Assembly (NCBI RefSeq): GCF_027921745.1
Contig: NC_079240.1
Span: 1,488,001-1,552,000 of the forward strand
Direction: 5' to 3'
DNA: 64,000 nt
Origin: Schizosaccharomyces osmophilus
Lineage: Eukaryota
In this document: in pieces, positions 11,246 to 23,997 of the stretch
Numbering within the stretch: position 1 is the stretch's first letter
How the letters are laid out: every line of letters starts with the position of its first letter
Notes under the pieces: model-generated
What the model was told of the DNA's origin: nothing
Databases searched by the model: none
What the model saw: the letters and a program-made list of their open reading frames with translations, nothing else
Translations under genes and position numbers: made by a program

Positions 11246-12598
11246 ATGTCAGCATCCAAATATGCTGAATGGTCGAAAGACCAACTTATAGCAAGGATTT
11301 TGGAGCTGGATCAACGGTTAGACACAAGCTCTGCAAAAAACACTCAACCTTCAGCTTCTTCAGCTGATAGTGAACGTAATTCAAAGAAAATATCAGAATC
11401 ATCAGCGTTTGATAAAAATGGCGACTCAAACAGGCCGATACAACAAGCAACTTTACCTGCCAAGAAAGTGAAACCCCCACGTCCTTTTCAGTTAGAAAAA
11501 ACGGTGTTTTTGGCTTTTAGATTTGCTTATTGTGGTTGGGATTATAACGGATTAGCATACCAGACTGAACGTACTCCTCTACCTACTGTAGAAGGAAAAA
11601 TATTTGAAGCTTTATTAAAAGCTCATCTTATTGAGAGTCCCGCAACATGCAATTTCAGCAGGTGCGGCCGTACCGACAAGGGTGTTTCTGCTATGGGTCA
11701 GGTAATTTCTCTAAACGTGCGCCATTCTGAGCGAAGGCCTATTGTCTATTGCGATGTGTTGAACAGAATATTACCGCCTGATATTCGATTCACTGGGTTT
11801 GCTGTACCTCCCCCTGGATTTAACGCTCGTTTTTCTTGCAAACAAAGACATTACAAATACTTGTTTGCAAAAAACTACCCCGGTGGCACATTGGACATTG
11901 AAAGGATGAATGATGCAGCTGCCCTCTACTTGGGTGAGCACGACTTTCGAAACTTTTGTAAAATTGACGCTTCAAAACAGATTACAAATTATCGCAGAAG
12001 AATTCTTAGCTCAAAAATCATATGTGTTGATCCTGCAACCGAGCTGTATGCATTTGATCTGCAAGGAACTGCCTTCCTTTGGCATCAGGTTAGGTGCATG
12101 GTGGCCATCTTATTTTTAGTTGGTCAGCATTTAGAGCCTATTTCAATTGTCAGTGATTTATTAGATACCCAGAAAGTCCCAAACAAACCAGTTTACGATT
12201 TGGCGAGTGAATTTCCATTAATTCTTTACGATTGTATGTTTGATGATATTGAATGGGTTTTACCAACAGATGATGAAACAACGGCACCGCGTATAACTAA
12301 GCATCTTTATGAAAAAACCTATCATCAATGGCATAACCTTCGTATACGCGAGCAAATAGCGTCCTTCATGATGGATGCCGCTAATCAAAGGATTTCTCAG
12401 TATGGTGTTTTACAATACACAGGTAGCAGCGTAAACATTGGGGAAGGAGAACTCAAATCATCTAAGCGGTATGTGCCGATTCTACAAAGAGCTCGACAAG
12501 AATCTGTTGAAGTTGTCAATGAACGCTACAAGCGTAAAAAGGGACTTGATGGACCCACTGCTTCTGAAGAAATATCATCCTCAATGAATGAGGATTAG
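11246..12598 (+). CDS. deg1: tRNA pseudouridine 38/39 synthase (TruA family)
   Basis: [12 protein letters not shown] catalytic motif, [20 protein letters not shown]. Confidence 0.95.
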   Translation: MSASKYAEWSKDQLIARILELDQRLDTSSAKNTQPSASSADSERNSKKISESSAFDKNGDSNRPIQQATLPAKKVKPPRPFQLEKTVFLAFRFAYCGWDYNGLAYQTERTPLPTVEGKIFEALLKAHLIESPATCNFSRCGRTDKGVSAMGQVISLNVRHSERRPIVYCDVLNRILPPDIRFTGFAVPPPGFNARFSCKQRHYKYLFAKNYPGGTLDIERMNDAAALYLGEHDFRNFCKIDASKQITNYRRRILSSKIICVDPATELYAFDLQGTAFLWHQVRCMVAILFLVGQHLEPISIVSDLLDTQKVPNKPVYDLASEFPLILYDCMFDDIEWVLPTDDETTAPRITKHLYEKTYHQWHNLRIREQIASFMMDAANQRISQYGVLQYTGSSVNIGEGELKSSKRYVPILQRARQESVEVVNERYKRKKGLDGPTASEEISSSMNED

Positions 12599-13295
12599 TT
12601 TCTTTTTGCTGATCTCCTGAAACAAAGTGTGCCTTTGTGCAAAAATACTTTATATAAAAAGGATAATAGGAATGATATCTTTGCGGGTGCATATAATGGG
12701 TAATTTTTTATAACTCTACTGATTTTGGTATCGACAAACTTAAACAATTATGTATGTTTTAATTATAACAATAAATACATAAAGTCCGAAAGACTTACTA
12801 GCTTAACAAATCGGGACCAAGCTTTACTGTGCCATATAAATTCATTGAAGTGAGGCGTTTCGTATACCAAGTAAAATCTTGTTTATAGGAACCAGGCCAT
12901 GCTCTTTAAAGCTTGTTTTGCCTTGTAGGCTTTTTTCTCGAGTATTCTGAAAAATACTTAAGCTTAATTATCTCAACTATCTTAACCCTTTGAAGAAGAA
13001 AGACATCAAATTATAATGTGTATTAAAATTCTCTATATCGGTTTAGTTGCTGTATTTTAGACGGATATAAATGAATCGTTTTATAAAGAACATAAAAATA
13101 GCAGGAAAAACCTACACTGTTCTTTACCAAGTAACGAAAAAATCCAAAATTGGAAGCCCAAGTAAGTGTAGTAATCATAGACTTTGCATTTCTGGGTCCA
13201 TAAGATTTAACAAAACACCTTTTAGTTATTTCCGGAACGATTAAATGATAATAAACTAGTATCTCGTCTTCAAGTTTAATCTTCATTTATAGCAT

Positions 13296-14767
13296 TTATT
13301 TCACATCAGAAACAAAAAGCTTTTCTTTCTTCAAATATGGGATCAGGCATTGCGGCAAAACCACGGTTCCATCAGGTTGCTGATGATTTTCGAGCAAAGC
13401 GATGACAAGCCTGGGGATGGCTGCAGCAGTTCCATTAAGCGTGTGAACGAACCCAGAGTCGTTCGAATTTTTATATCTTGTAAGTAATCTTCGTGCTTGA
13501 TATTCTAGGCAGTTCGACGTAGAAGAAATTTCACCAAATTTTGCCCGCGAAGGCATCCATGCTTCGATATCATACTTTTGAGCAGCTGGAGCACCAAGTT
13601 CATAAGTCGGCATATTTAGTACCCTAGATCAATAGTTAATAATACGTTTGGTTGGAATTTAATAAAATAAAATCGTAAAGTTTACCTCGCTGAAAGACCT
13701 AAACTTTTTGAAAAGTCGGTTTGAAGTTTTATTATATCGTCGAATACCCTCGAAGATTGATTTGGGTGAGTCCAGGCAAATAATTCGACCTTCGTAAATT
13801 CGTGAAGTCTATACAACCCTTTGGTATCTCGGCCACGAGCACCTGCTTCTCGTCGATATGATCGAGAAACCCCAACGACTCGTTTTTCCTTTAGATCATG
13901 AAAAGTTTGTTTATACCCCAAGGAAGCTAGACTGATTTCAGCTGTACCGATAAGACATTGCTTAGGTGAGCTGCTTTCGTTCTGATGCTCTAATTGATAT
14001 ATCTGTTCACCCTTTTCATCTCGAGGTTGAAACCCACAAGCAAGAGCAACATCAGTGCGGACTATACTTGGGGGAATCACAAGAGACCATCCTCGCGATT
14101 TTGAAAAATCAATAGCATAATTGACAAGAGCCATTTCTAATTCAGCAACTTCCCCTTTGGTATAACAGAATGCATGACCGCTCGTTTCAGAAGCACTAAG
14201 CAGATCGATGCCATTGCCAGCAAGTTCCAAATGATCCTTCATGCATAAAGTTTGATCATTCATGTTTTTTTCTTCTCCTACTGTAGCAACGCAAACAGCG
14301 TTGTCTTCAGACCCTATAGGTACGCTAGGCAGAGTGGAATTCGGCAGACTTAGGCAATGATGATATAGGTTTTTCTGAATATCAGAAGCATGTTTTTCAA
14401 TAGAGTCAATCACAACTTTAATGTTTTTTGCTTCAGTTACTAAAGCATTTCGTTGCTCCGTATCTTTAGAAGATTTGATTGTTTTGGTAATTTTGTTCTT
14501 CTCATGAATTTGTGGGGCTAGTCGATTTCGAGCGCTCTCAAGCTCTTCATATAAGCTTTTGATGGTTGGTAACGTTTCCGCGACTTTACGCATATTTCGA
14601 TCTATACAATTCTGATGGATTTCACTTGCATGCTCGTATACGTGCTTTATGTTCAGCATTGCCTTCCAGGAAGAAGGAGCTTCCTGGAGCTTTGTAGAAT
14701 AACTACGAAACCATAATTTCTTCGAGAAAAATATTGGTTGCCTAAGGATGGATTGTACTGTCTTCAT
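13296..14767 (-). CDS. dia4: Mitochondrial serine-tRNA ligase, 2 exons
   Basis: Exons 14767-13686 and 13623-13296; 62-nt intron GTAAAC..TAG restores SAR-VLNMPT. Class II motifs YRREAG, GLYRLHEFTKVE, HTLNGTAAAIPR; basic presequence. Confidence 0.94.
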
Positions 14768-15595
14768 GCAAAATACGACTTGTTTAATTCCCCGTTATTA
14801 AAAGACTGAACTCCAAATGTTATCGACCCGAGATAATTGGAAATAATTATCAAATTTTTTTCTTTTTCAGAATAAATACGGCTACGAAGAGTTGGCACCA
14901 AAAACTAGACTTTCCAAGGTCACTTTTCAAGTTACTTGGAAATATCGTATTTCGTAAGTTTATATGATAATTATCAAGGATGTCGTTTCGTCAAACGATT
15001 CGCAAGGATATTCAGGTTTTATGACAGTTGGATTTGTATTCAAAACAAAATATTGAATATTTTGCTTGGATCTTCGTTCATAAGTTTGATTAAAAGACTG
15101 ACGAAGAGTAACTTTAACAGCTATTGCCTTACTTTCAACATATTTAGAGCCGAAACGCTCTCTTCATTGTTGTACAATTTATTCATTTCAAGTAAAAATT
15201 GGTAGAAAAAGTCAGGGTAGCTTTTGAATAATTTATTTCGATATCAAGGGACCATAATATAGCAAGGAAACAAGACAAAATATATTATAAAGGAGTATGT
15301 ATACCTCATCACGAAGAAAGTATTGGAGGTATTCCAGCAAGTAGTACATTGGTTAACTTGTTCGCTGATGAAACGTAAAATGCTTCAACCTTCCAAGAAA
15401 GCTAATGATCGAAAGGAAAAAGAAAAAGTGAAAGCAACCTGTCCAATTGATGGATTCTTAATTGTCACATAGATGGGCTTTGGTTTGACCATCCAATCTT
15501 GAGAAAAGGTTTCCGAAAAATGGCATAGAGGTCATGCATCATATATCAACATTTCAATCGAATAAAGAGGCGAAGGAGATCAAAGAATAAGTCCC

Positions 15596-15919
15596 CTAAT
15601 ATGGTTTAGGAGGAGCAGGTTTGGGCTTAGGATTCATAAACAAAACCCCAAACGCAACGGCTGCAAGGGTAAACCCTTGAGACAACACTCGGTATTTCAT
15701 AAACCGATTTGCCTTGAGTTCATTACCTTTTCTCAGATGATATCCTGAAACCAGGAACGTTCCTACAGTCATGACACACCCAAGAGGAATTAAGGGATTG
15801 TGAACAAGTACATATGTCAGTTTTTCTGAACGAGACATTGTAGTTTCTTGGCTTGAAGGTTTTATTATCGAGTCCATTTGTGCTTGTTCTTGTTTTTGTT
15901 CTACAGGATTCGAGCTCAT
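15596..15919 (-). CDS. rcf1: HIG1-domain respiratory supercomplex factor
   Basis: NPLIPLGC...MKYRVLSQGFT HIG1 signature. Confidence 0.88.
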   Translation of the reverse strand: MSSNPVEQKQEQAQMDSIIKPSSQETTMSRSEKLTYVLVHNPLIPLGCVMTVGTFLVSGYHLRKGNELKANRFMKYRVLSQGFTLAAVAFGVLFMNPKPKPAPPKPY

Positions 15920-16497
15920 TTTTGCTGTATGCTTTTACGTAAATCCGTGAGTTTCGATTTCAATATAGAATACAAATAATAGGTCAATGTATATCGACCA
16001 GGGTGTAAAAAAGGAATATAAGAATGCAAGAAGAAGGAAAGTTTTAGCGAACGTAAAAAATGTCAACAGATCGATTTTCAACAATTGCAAAGCTCTACCT
16101 TACTTAAGGATAGTAATTTTCAAATATATAGCGTAAGAGAAATAGTGATAAAAATCAACGAATTGAAAGATCCACGAAACGTTCCTTTGCAATGATTAGT
16201 AAAACGGTTCACTACTAAACCTGAAACTTAGTAGCGTACTCAAAGAAGAGAAAACGATACAAATGAATGGATTTATTCGTTGAAAAAAGACTTCAAGCCA
16301 AGCGTTCTGGTTCTCTTGGTCTTCATAGACTCTTTTGTCTTTCCTCTTTAGTAGAATTTTCGGGCAATACCGGAGAACCCATCGGAAAACTGTAACCAAG
16401 GCTTTCAAAAACTCACCGAACATCACCGTTCATTGCTATGCAGTAAGAGTATCTAAATATCAAAAGCAAAACGTAGAGAATCATAGATCCCTATGAA

Positions 16498-18201
16498 ATG
16501 GATCGATTGAATGATGATGGTATATTTAATGGAGGTACCACTTCTGCTTTTGAAAGAAATGAAGAAAAAGTGTTACCCGATTTGTCCCAGAATCGCTTAA
16601 AATCCAGTAATTACAATATGGAAAACGACATCTTTAATACCGTAGATATTTGGAACAATGATAGTCCCAATGGGATGCAAGAATCTCTTCAAAAAGATGG
16701 CGGATCAGCGAATAAAAGCTCGGGTTTAGAACTAGACCTTGGAAACATTATGCTTGAAACACACAACCTGGATTCTACAAAATGGAACACTGACAAGTAT
16801 ACTCAGGACAGTGCTGGCATCAACGATAACAGTTATGATTGGAAGTATTTTGTTTTTGATGAAAGGGAAATAGGCTCCATGCTTCGGTTGTTCGTGCAAG
16901 AGTTTCGACCCGATCGACCATCGTTGCGATTAGCTCCGGCAAAATTGTTTTATTTGGCTTCCCGATTTGCTTATTCGTACATGCCAAAGAGTAAAAACAT
17001 CGGACATGATCTTCTGACAGGCTTTCTCGATTCGGTTCACCAAGTCATACAAACAAATACTGAGGATATGGTTTTATGTGTGATGTGGTTAGCGAATGTT
17101 TGCCTACTTGTATTCTATCTTCAGAGGGACACAAGATTGGAAGAATTAACTGGACAAATACAGCATGAATGTTACCAACTAATATCTGAGATTTACTTCT
17201 TGGTCTGCAAAGATGCCATTCGTCGCATGGACGAACATTTAGAAAAAGGCATGCTTAAGTATACGGGGATACAAGGCTTAGACTCCATCCTTCATTCAAG
17301 AAGCTGGAATTTCTTGAGACGTCGACATATTACAGACAATCCTTTATCTCCTCGCAGTACTCCTTCAGCTTCCCCACGTAATATTACTAAAATCATTGCT
17401 TCCACCCTTCATCTACTAGAAGTGTTTTATGTCCATCCCCTCATACGTATCCAATGTATTGAGCAGCTGTATCATTGGCTGGGTATGCGACTTTTTAACA
17501 GAGTTCTTTCCACTAAAAAATATCATTCTCGAGCTGCCGCTATGGAAATTCGCTTCAATATTTCCAGCTTAGAAGAGTGGTCTCAGACAAACTCCGTGAA
17601 GCTCAAAAAGCCCATCGACTATCCTGGAGAAGACTTCCGAGTCTCTCTGACTCCTCATCTTACATCGCTGACTCACTTGCTGCAGTGGCTTCAATGTCTA
17701 TATAGATTAAGTGAAGAGAATGAACCAGAAGCATTGCAGGAGACACTCGAATCTTTAGACGCCTTGAATCCACGCCAATTCCTTACTGTCGCAAAGTCTT
17801 ATCAACCAAATAATTCCGAGGCAAAAGTTTCACGAACGTTTTTAAAGCGTCTCGAGGTGTATCATAGGGAGGAATTACGAAAAACCTTAGAATCTGCTCA
17901 CGACGATGGAGTTGTAAATGAGTTTGAATTAACAAAAGATGAAAACCAGTTGCAGCCTCTAAATTTGCCCACGAAAGCTCAGCTAGCCAATGCATATTCA
18001 AGCATTACTTCTGGAAACGCATTCAACAACGATCGTAAAGTCCTTTTTCAGCCGCATGTTTCCAACGACATCATCGATCGATTAGAAGAAAATGGTATCT
18101 CTATGGATCGAGCCGAGCTTCCAACTAGCGTTTTTGAAGATGAATTAGCGAAACGAGAATGGCGGCCTGATCAGGAAGTAGAAGAGTTGATGGGTGCATA
18201 G
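16498..18201 (+). CDS. Dilute (DIL) domain protein, myosin-V tail-like, no motor domain
   Basis: WLANV..L, QLYHWLGMRLFNRVL, AMEIRFNISSLEEW and LNPRQ are DIL-domain features; 567-aa ORF. Confidence 0.85.
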   Translation: MDRLNDDGIFNGGTTSAFERNEEKVLPDLSQNRLKSSNYNMENDIFNTVDIWNNDSPNGMQESLQKDGGSANKSSGLELDLGNIMLETHNLDSTKWNTDKYTQDSAGINDNSYDWKYFVFDEREIGSMLRLFVQEFRPDRPSLRLAPAKLFYLASRFAYSYMPKSKNIGHDLLTGFLDSVHQVIQTNTEDMVLCVMWLANVCLLVFYLQRDTRLEELTGQIQHECYQLISEIYFLVCKDAIRRMDEHLEKGMLKYTGIQGLDSILHSRSWNFLRRRHITDNPLSPRSTPSASPRNITKIIASTLHLLEVFYVHPLIRIQCIEQLYHWLGMRLFNRVLSTKKYHSRAAAMEIRFNISSLEEWSQTNSVKLKKPIDYPGEDFRVSLTPHLTSLTHLLQWLQCLYRLSEENEPEALQETLESLDALNPRQFLTVAKSYQPNNSEAKVSRTFLKRLEVYHREELRKTLESAHDDGVVNEFELTKDENQLQPLNLPTKAQLANAYSSITSGNAFNNDRKVLFQPHVSNDIIDRLEENGISMDRAELPTSVFEDELAKREWRPDQEVEELMGA

Positions 18202-18586
18202 AGAGAGGCTCTAAAATGACCTGATGAATTAGCTTGATGTATTCTTCTAAAATATTGCATTGTTTCTTTACTCTCGTTTTGATCTTCTGGTTTCTTGTTT
18301 TTTTTTAATGCGTGTACTTCTCTTATTTATTTGTAATTCGGTTTTTATACAGGCATTCGTGTTTCTGATTTTGCTATTTTTTTTCGTCTAACGTGAATTG
18401 TCTTTTATACAGCTTCTAATTTAATCGCATTAATATTTGTTATTTTTTAAGATTTAGTAATTTCTAAATATCATGTAGTCTTTTATTCCGATGTAGCCAA
18501 AGTAGAACATATAGTATTCTACGAAAAGTACACATGGAACTCGGAGGAATCATTACTGTTCCATTCAAAAGTCAACCTTTTCGAAA

Positions 18587-19369
18587 ATGCCCGAAAAGAA
18601 GCAAAAGACCTTGAAGTATCAAACTGATACTGAAAACTATGAATTGGGTAAGCCAGATTTTCCATTTGGCCTTACAGATTGGCTCGTTGACGAATTTTGG
18701 GTTGATGAGGATTCTACTATTCTGGATTTGGGAGTAGGTACAGGAAAGCTAATTCCTCGAATAAATGCTGCTCATCCTAAAAAGATTATCGCGGTGGATT
18801 CTTCGGAGGCTATGCTACAGGTGCTGCAAAAGAAGTATCCAACGGTAGAATCATACTTAGGCTCAGCGACGCAGATTCCGTTACCTGACGAAAGCATAGA
18901 CCTTATTTTATGTGGTAATTCTTTCCACTGGTTTGCCAATGCAAATGCTTTGAAGGAAATGCATCGTGTTTTGAAACCAAATGGAGCCCTTGGCCTTGTT
19001 TGGAATGTCCGAGACAAATCTGTATCCTGGGTCAATAAAATTAATGAATTGCTGGATAGATATCGCTCAGGATCACCTTACTTTGGAACCTGGGAATGGG
19101 CTCAATTGTTTCCTGGACATGGATTTCGAAAGCCTCGCTCCTGTGTTTTCCCTTTCGCTTATTGCACTACAGCTGAGAATGCCATTCATCGAATGGTTTT
19201 TTCTTTATCTTACATTCATGCTCTTTCCGAAAAGCAGAAAGCGACCGTAAAAGCTGAGCTGGACAAAATCGCAGAAACAGTGCCAAGGGTGCAAAACACA
19301 GACCAAATTAAATTTCCTTATCAAACCATGGCCTTTAGTATAGAGAAGGATGGTTTGAAAAAAGAATAA
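18587..19369 (+). CDS. Class I SAM-dependent methyltransferase (Methyltransf_11 type)
   Basis: ILDLGVGTGK motif I, NSFHWF, HRVLKPNG. Confidence 0.92.
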   Translation: MPEKKQKTLKYQTDTENYELGKPDFPFGLTDWLVDEFWVDEDSTILDLGVGTGKLIPRINAAHPKKIIAVDSSEAMLQVLQKKYPTVESYLGSATQIPLPDESIDLILCGNSFHWFANANALKEMHRVLKPNGALGLVWNVRDKSVSWVNKINELLDRYRSGSPYFGTWEWAQLFPGHGFRKPRSCVFPFAYCTTAENAIHRMVFSLSYIHALSEKQKATVKAELDKIAETVPRVQNTDQIKFPYQTMAFSIEKDGLKKE

Positions 19370-20253
19370 AGAAACCCCATTGATATTGCAACGAGTGACG
19401 GTGAAATCAATTTACTACTATTTACATTTTGAGCATAACTCTGGCAAGGAAAGCATAGGAAAAATTGAAGCTGATATCGTCTAATCCAAAGAATTGCTAT
19501 GCTTTACTACCTATTTGCATATAAACTCCCGCCTTTTGTAACTAGGAAGATTTATCATTTCAACTATCCTAGACATGCTCTTCTTAGTTCTTATAAATTG
19601 GAAAAAACGACATACTTTTCTTAACGGCTCATTTTAAACTGCTCGGGATTTGATTTTTTAAACTTGATCTTGAAACTAAAACTAAAATGTTAAAGGGCAA
19701 CACACTGCCGCATGAAACATCATATGGACAGACCTTGTAGAACCGCTATTACATTGAATTTTTGATTTTTTTTTGGTCAAATAGTGTTTCATTATGTCGT
19801 TTGAGTACTTAATCGCTTTATCTAGAATGAATCAAACTTCCCTCGCGATCGCTTCTACTGGCAACCACTCAAGATTTGGGTTCCTGTTTTCAACGAAATC
19901 ACCTTTTCATTTGAACAAACAAGAAAAATCGCGACAAATATAAGACATCCTCATACAATACAATTGGATATGTTTGAAGACTAGGCGTGAATTCACATTT
20001 CCAGCCGTCGTTGACTATTAGTATCATCACCAGCTAATTTCCTAGAGAATTCGATATATCGGAGCATAAAATAATTGTTCAATTCGAACTCATTATTCTT
20101 TTTCAATTAGTTTAAATTAATTGAATTGACTAAAAGTTTGAAGAATTGACAGTTGTGCTTTCGTACAGAAAAAGAAAAAAAATCTAGAGTACTACCCTCT
20201 ACCTTGTTCAGGCTTTAACTATCCAATTTGCTTTTTCACGGGCAATTCTTTCC

Positions 20254-22221
20254 ATGAGTACAATTCCAGCTGACGGAATCTTGGAAAGACCATATCGTTC
20301 AAGAAAAACCAGACCTTGTGACAATTGTCGACTTCGGAAAGCAAGGTGTGTAGTTGAAGTTGTAGGGAATTCTTGTGCGTTATGCCTAACACTCAAAATC
20401 CCTTGTACGTATCACTTACCGCCCATAAAACGCAATAAATCTAAGAAAAGATCTGACTCTGTTTCTGATGAATTGACTCTTGAAGTTCCATCTTATTCCG
20501 ATACTTACCATAATAGTAAGCCATTACCTGCTCACAGCGCCCAGCGTTTACTCAAAGTTCCCGAAAGCGTAGGCGCATCAGCATCTACCAAAGCACCTAT
20601 CAACAGTCATGACAAACAAGGTCCTCCAAGGGTTCCTTTGAACATGGCAGGGATTACAGAAATGTATCATACTTCTGACGATAAATTTGACAAATTGGGT
20701 CTGGATATATCCCTTAACTATCCGTATGTATTGGGCCCTACTTGTGATTCTGATATAGACTTGATTCGTGAATATTTTTCTTTTCAAGATGGTGTATGTT
20801 CTTTTGATAATATGACTCTGAAGTATGTCTCTTCCAACTCGAGATCTCCCGTTATGTATATTCTTGACCCTGCATATGAGAACGACCGCCATAGCGATTT
20901 TGCTCGCTATGAGCGTGCATTGCACGACCTTTTGACTACCTATGTAGATGAAACGACAGGCCGCACACTAGTTGATTTGTATTTTACTCATATTCATCCC
21001 GCGTATCCCATTCTTCATGGGCCACGTTTCCTCCTTTCCTACAAAAACGGCGCAAGGAACGTTCCTTCTATCCTTTTGGCCGCTCTGTATTCTTTATCAT
21101 TAATTTATTGGAGCAAAGATCCGAGGCTTTCTAATGTTCCTCCTTTAGATCAGCGAAAGATGTGGAATTTGGTTGAAGACGGCTTGAACTTTCATTTTAC
21201 TCAACCACGATTGAGTACCATTCAAGCAGCTTTGTTGTATTTAATTGGACGTCCCCTTTCTAATATGTACAGTCTTACAAGTATCCTATCGCGAACGACG
21301 GTTTTGTCGCAATTGCTGGGATTCAATCATGATTGTACAAACTGGGAGATTCCAAACGAAGAAAAAACTATTCGAAAAAGGATATGGTGGGCGATATTTA
21401 TTGCAGATAAATGGTATTCCATGTATTTTGGTTTAGCAACGAATATTCATGAAGATGACTATGTCGTTCCTAAAATCGATTCTAATGAGACATTACCTCT
21501 TGAAATAACTTCTTCCGTGTCTTTTAAAACTTTTCTAATAATGGTAGAACTCAGTATGATTTTGCAGGACATATTGCAAGACTTGTTTACGATTCGAGCT
21601 TTAAGCAAGCATTACAACAACAATCGCTCTATTTCCTACCAGATTACCGGGTTCTTTAGTCGTTTGAATTCCGCGCGCCCTTCAAAGTTTGAAGAATCTG
21701 GACTAGGAGCTGCATCACTAATGATTCAATTTGACGCGGTAGAAATTTTATTATGGAAAACCGCGCTCCGGTTTCATTTGCCGGAATTTCAATCGGAGGA
21801 TTTATTTGTATGTGTTGAACAAGCGATTTCAAATTTCATTGATATCTCGCCTGATTCGATAGCTGACTTTTTCTGGCCGTATGCTGGGTTCCATTTATCA
21901 ACGCTCGTATCGCTTTTGATTCGGCTTCATTTGGATTTCCATGAAAGCAATACGTATGGAGCGAGAGCCTTCTCTTTATTAGATGCTTTTTTGAGACACT
22001 GTGTAACGCTTCATACGGCTGGCTTTGACATTGTTGAAATGGCGATTGGTCGTTCGTCTTCTTTGCTAAAAGAGTTAGGCAAACGATATCCTCATTTATC
22101 GGCTCTATGGGACAATGTTTTCCAATTGGATGATTCACTGGGACCCGATTTTTTTCAACTAGCCCATGAACAAGCATTCGATCCATGGAACCCTGAAGCG
22201 TGGTCATTTTCTCGACCATGA
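20254..22221 (+). CDS. Zn(II)2Cys6 fungal transcription factor
   Basis: CDNCRLRKARC...CALC...C binuclear cluster; fungal TF domain YFTHIHPAYPIL, RKRIWWAIFIADKW. Confidence 0.95.
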   Translation: MSTIPADGILERPYRSRKTRPCDNCRLRKARCVVEVVGNSCALCLTLKIPCTYHLPPIKRNKSKKRSDSVSDELTLEVPSYSDTYHNSKPLPAHSAQRLLKVPESVGASASTKAPINSHDKQGPPRVPLNMAGITEMYHTSDDKFDKLGLDISLNYPYVLGPTCDSDIDLIREYFSFQDGVCSFDNMTLKYVSSNSRSPVMYILDPAYENDRHSDFARYERALHDLLTTYVDETTGRTLVDLYFTHIHPAYPILHGPRFLLSYKNGARNVPSILLAALYSLSLIYWSKDPRLSNVPPLDQRKMWNLVEDGLNFHFTQPRLSTIQAALLYLIGRPLSNMYSLTSILSRTTVLSQLLGFNHDCTNWEIPNEEKTIRKRIWWAIFIADKWYSMYFGLATNIHEDDYVVPKIDSNETLPLEITSSVSFKTFLIMVELSMILQDILQDLFTIRALSKHYNNNRSISYQITGFFSRLNSARPSKFEESGLGAASLMIQFDAVEILLWKTALRFHLPEFQSEDLFVCVEQAISNFIDISPDSIADFFWPYAGFHLSTLVSLLIRLHLDFHESNTYGARAFSLLDAFLRHCVTLHTAGFDIVEMAIGRSSSLLKELGKRYPHLSALWDNVFQLDDSLGPDFFQLAHEQAFDPWNPEAWSFSRP

Positions 22222-22854
22222 TGGATTCCAAACTATTTATTTTTTTTTCTAATGTTCCATCTTTTTCTGGATCTCTCTTCTTGAAATTGCAATTACATGA
22301 AGAGTTGAATTAATCTTATGCAGACATAGTAACTTGCGTTCCAGCATATAATGATTATATGACATTTGGGTACGAAGCAATAATTATAATAACATTATCC
22401 ATTTGGTTTTTGATTTTGTTTTTTGAAATGAAACTGGTTGAGAAAAAGTACAACAAAGGAAAGAGAGTTGATAGCGTTGATTCACAGGCTTTTTTTCTTT
22501 TACATGTCGTGAATCTAACTACTTTGCTAAATTATCATACTTAAATAAACAAAAGGACAAGAAAGTCTGATGCAGAAAAATAATACATTGAAGCGGTGCT
22601 TCGCTATGCGTATCTATGAGGTGAAATAGTCGCGCGTAAGGAACTAAACGTACTAGTAAAGATATAAACAAAAAATCTTTCAGAATGAGTGGTCTGAACC
22701 TTCGCTTCCAATAGAGAAATGTCGACAAAGATACAAAGAAAGAAAAAGTTGCATAAACAAAAAAGGAACGAACGCAACACAAGAAACAACACCTCAGAAT
22801 AACGCTTGATTATGGAAAGCGGAGGACAACGTTAGTTTTGGTAGATTACATAAT

Positions 22855-23766
22855 TTAAAACTTGTACTCGGGAGGAGTGTAGTTTTCGGGGATGTTGAAA
22901 ACACGCTCCAAGACTTCACCGACGGCACCTTCGTCGTTACCGACGCGGGAGATGGCACGGGCATTGTCGATAGCGATTTGCATACCGTTCTTGACGGCGA
23001 CAGACCAGCCAGCAACGCCAAACATGGTCAAGTCGTTTTGGCCATCACCAAAGGCAATCACGTTCTCGTTCTTGATGTGGGGAAGGATCTTGTTGGTGAT
23101 GGTTTGGAGAGCAGTACCCTTGTTGCAGCTAGAGGGAATCAATTCAATACAGTAAGCCAAAGCTTGAGTAGTGGTGAACTTGTCCTTGGGGAAAGGCTTC
23201 AAGATATCACGGACAACGTCGAGTTTGTCGGGGTCTTCACAGACAGCCATCTTGATGACCTTGATTTCACCAGACAAGACCTTAGCCTTGGCCTCATCAC
23301 AAGGCATGGACCAGACAACCTTTTCACCGATTTCTTCCAAGCGCTTGACGTTCTTCAACTCTTCACGACCAGGGGTCAAGATGTAAACGTTTTGGTCGTC
23401 GTAAACGACGTTGGCGATGTTGGAGTTGTGCTTGGTAGCATCGACAACCTCCATAACAACTTCAGGCTTCAAGTATTCGGCAGAAACAACCTTGCCTTCG
23501 TTGTAAAGGATACAGCCATTCACGTGAGCGGCAGGGAAGGCATCCAAGCCCAAGGGGACACGGATCGCTTCAACGGCAGAGCGTTGCTTACCAGTAGCCA
23601 AGACAATAGGGAAGTCAGGGCGGGTTTCACGAATGTAGCTCATGGCACGGTAGGTACGTTGATGGAAACGGTGATGAGCATCCAAAAGAGTGCCATCAAC
23701 GTCAGAAATCACCATTTGAACGGTGTCAGCGGAAGGAATGTTGTTAGACTTGTCAGATACGCTCAT
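22855..23766 (-). CDS. Cof-type (IIB) HAD hydrolase
   Basis: SDVDGTLL, LATGK, NKGTAL, AFGDGQNDLTM. Likely ATG is 23766 (AAAATG, downstream of a TATA box); strong C-ending codon bias. Confidence 0.93.
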   Translation of the reverse strand: MSVSDKSNNIPSADTVQMVISDVDGTLLDAHHRFHQRTYRAMSYIRETRPDFPIVLATGKQRSAVEAIRVPLGLDAFPAAHVNGCILYNEGKVVSAEYLKPEVVMEVVDATKHNSNIANVVYDDQNVYILTPGREELKNVKRLEEIGEKVVWSMPCDEAKAKVLSGEIKVIKMAVCEDPDKLDVVRDILKPFPKDKFTTTQALAYCIELIPSSCNKGTALQTITNKILPHIKNENVIAFGDGQNDLTMFGVAGWSVAVKNGMQIAIDNARAISRVGNDEGAVGEVLERVFNIPENYTPPEYKF

Positions 23767-23837
23767 TTTGTCGATGTTTTGAAATGTCGCTTTAGGGTGT
23801 ATGTTCGAAGAAGGATCTTCGCATGGGCCTTCCTTCC

Positions 23838-23997
23838 TATTTATATGTCTCACAGCCCTGATAACCTCAACAACCTACCCTTTGGATTTTCCGGCCATTG
23901 CGTCATTCATCTTCCGACTACTGGGTAGAAGCGACGAATTGCATTCTAAAAATTTTCCGTTAAGGTTTCTTTTTTCTGACGTCATCTTGTAAACAAA
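23838..23997 (-). promoter_or_regulatory. HAD gene promoter: TATA box, CRE/M26 site, forkhead site
   Basis: TATAAATA on minus strand 23838-23845; TGACGTCA palindrome 23977-23984 (ATGACGT on minus strand); TGTAAACAAA 23988-23997. Confidence 0.65.

Noticed and set aside
22978..23928. 316-aa plus-strand ORF antisense to the HAD gene
   Set aside because: It mirrors the sense codon frame; strong codon bias removes antisense stops; no recognisable motifs.
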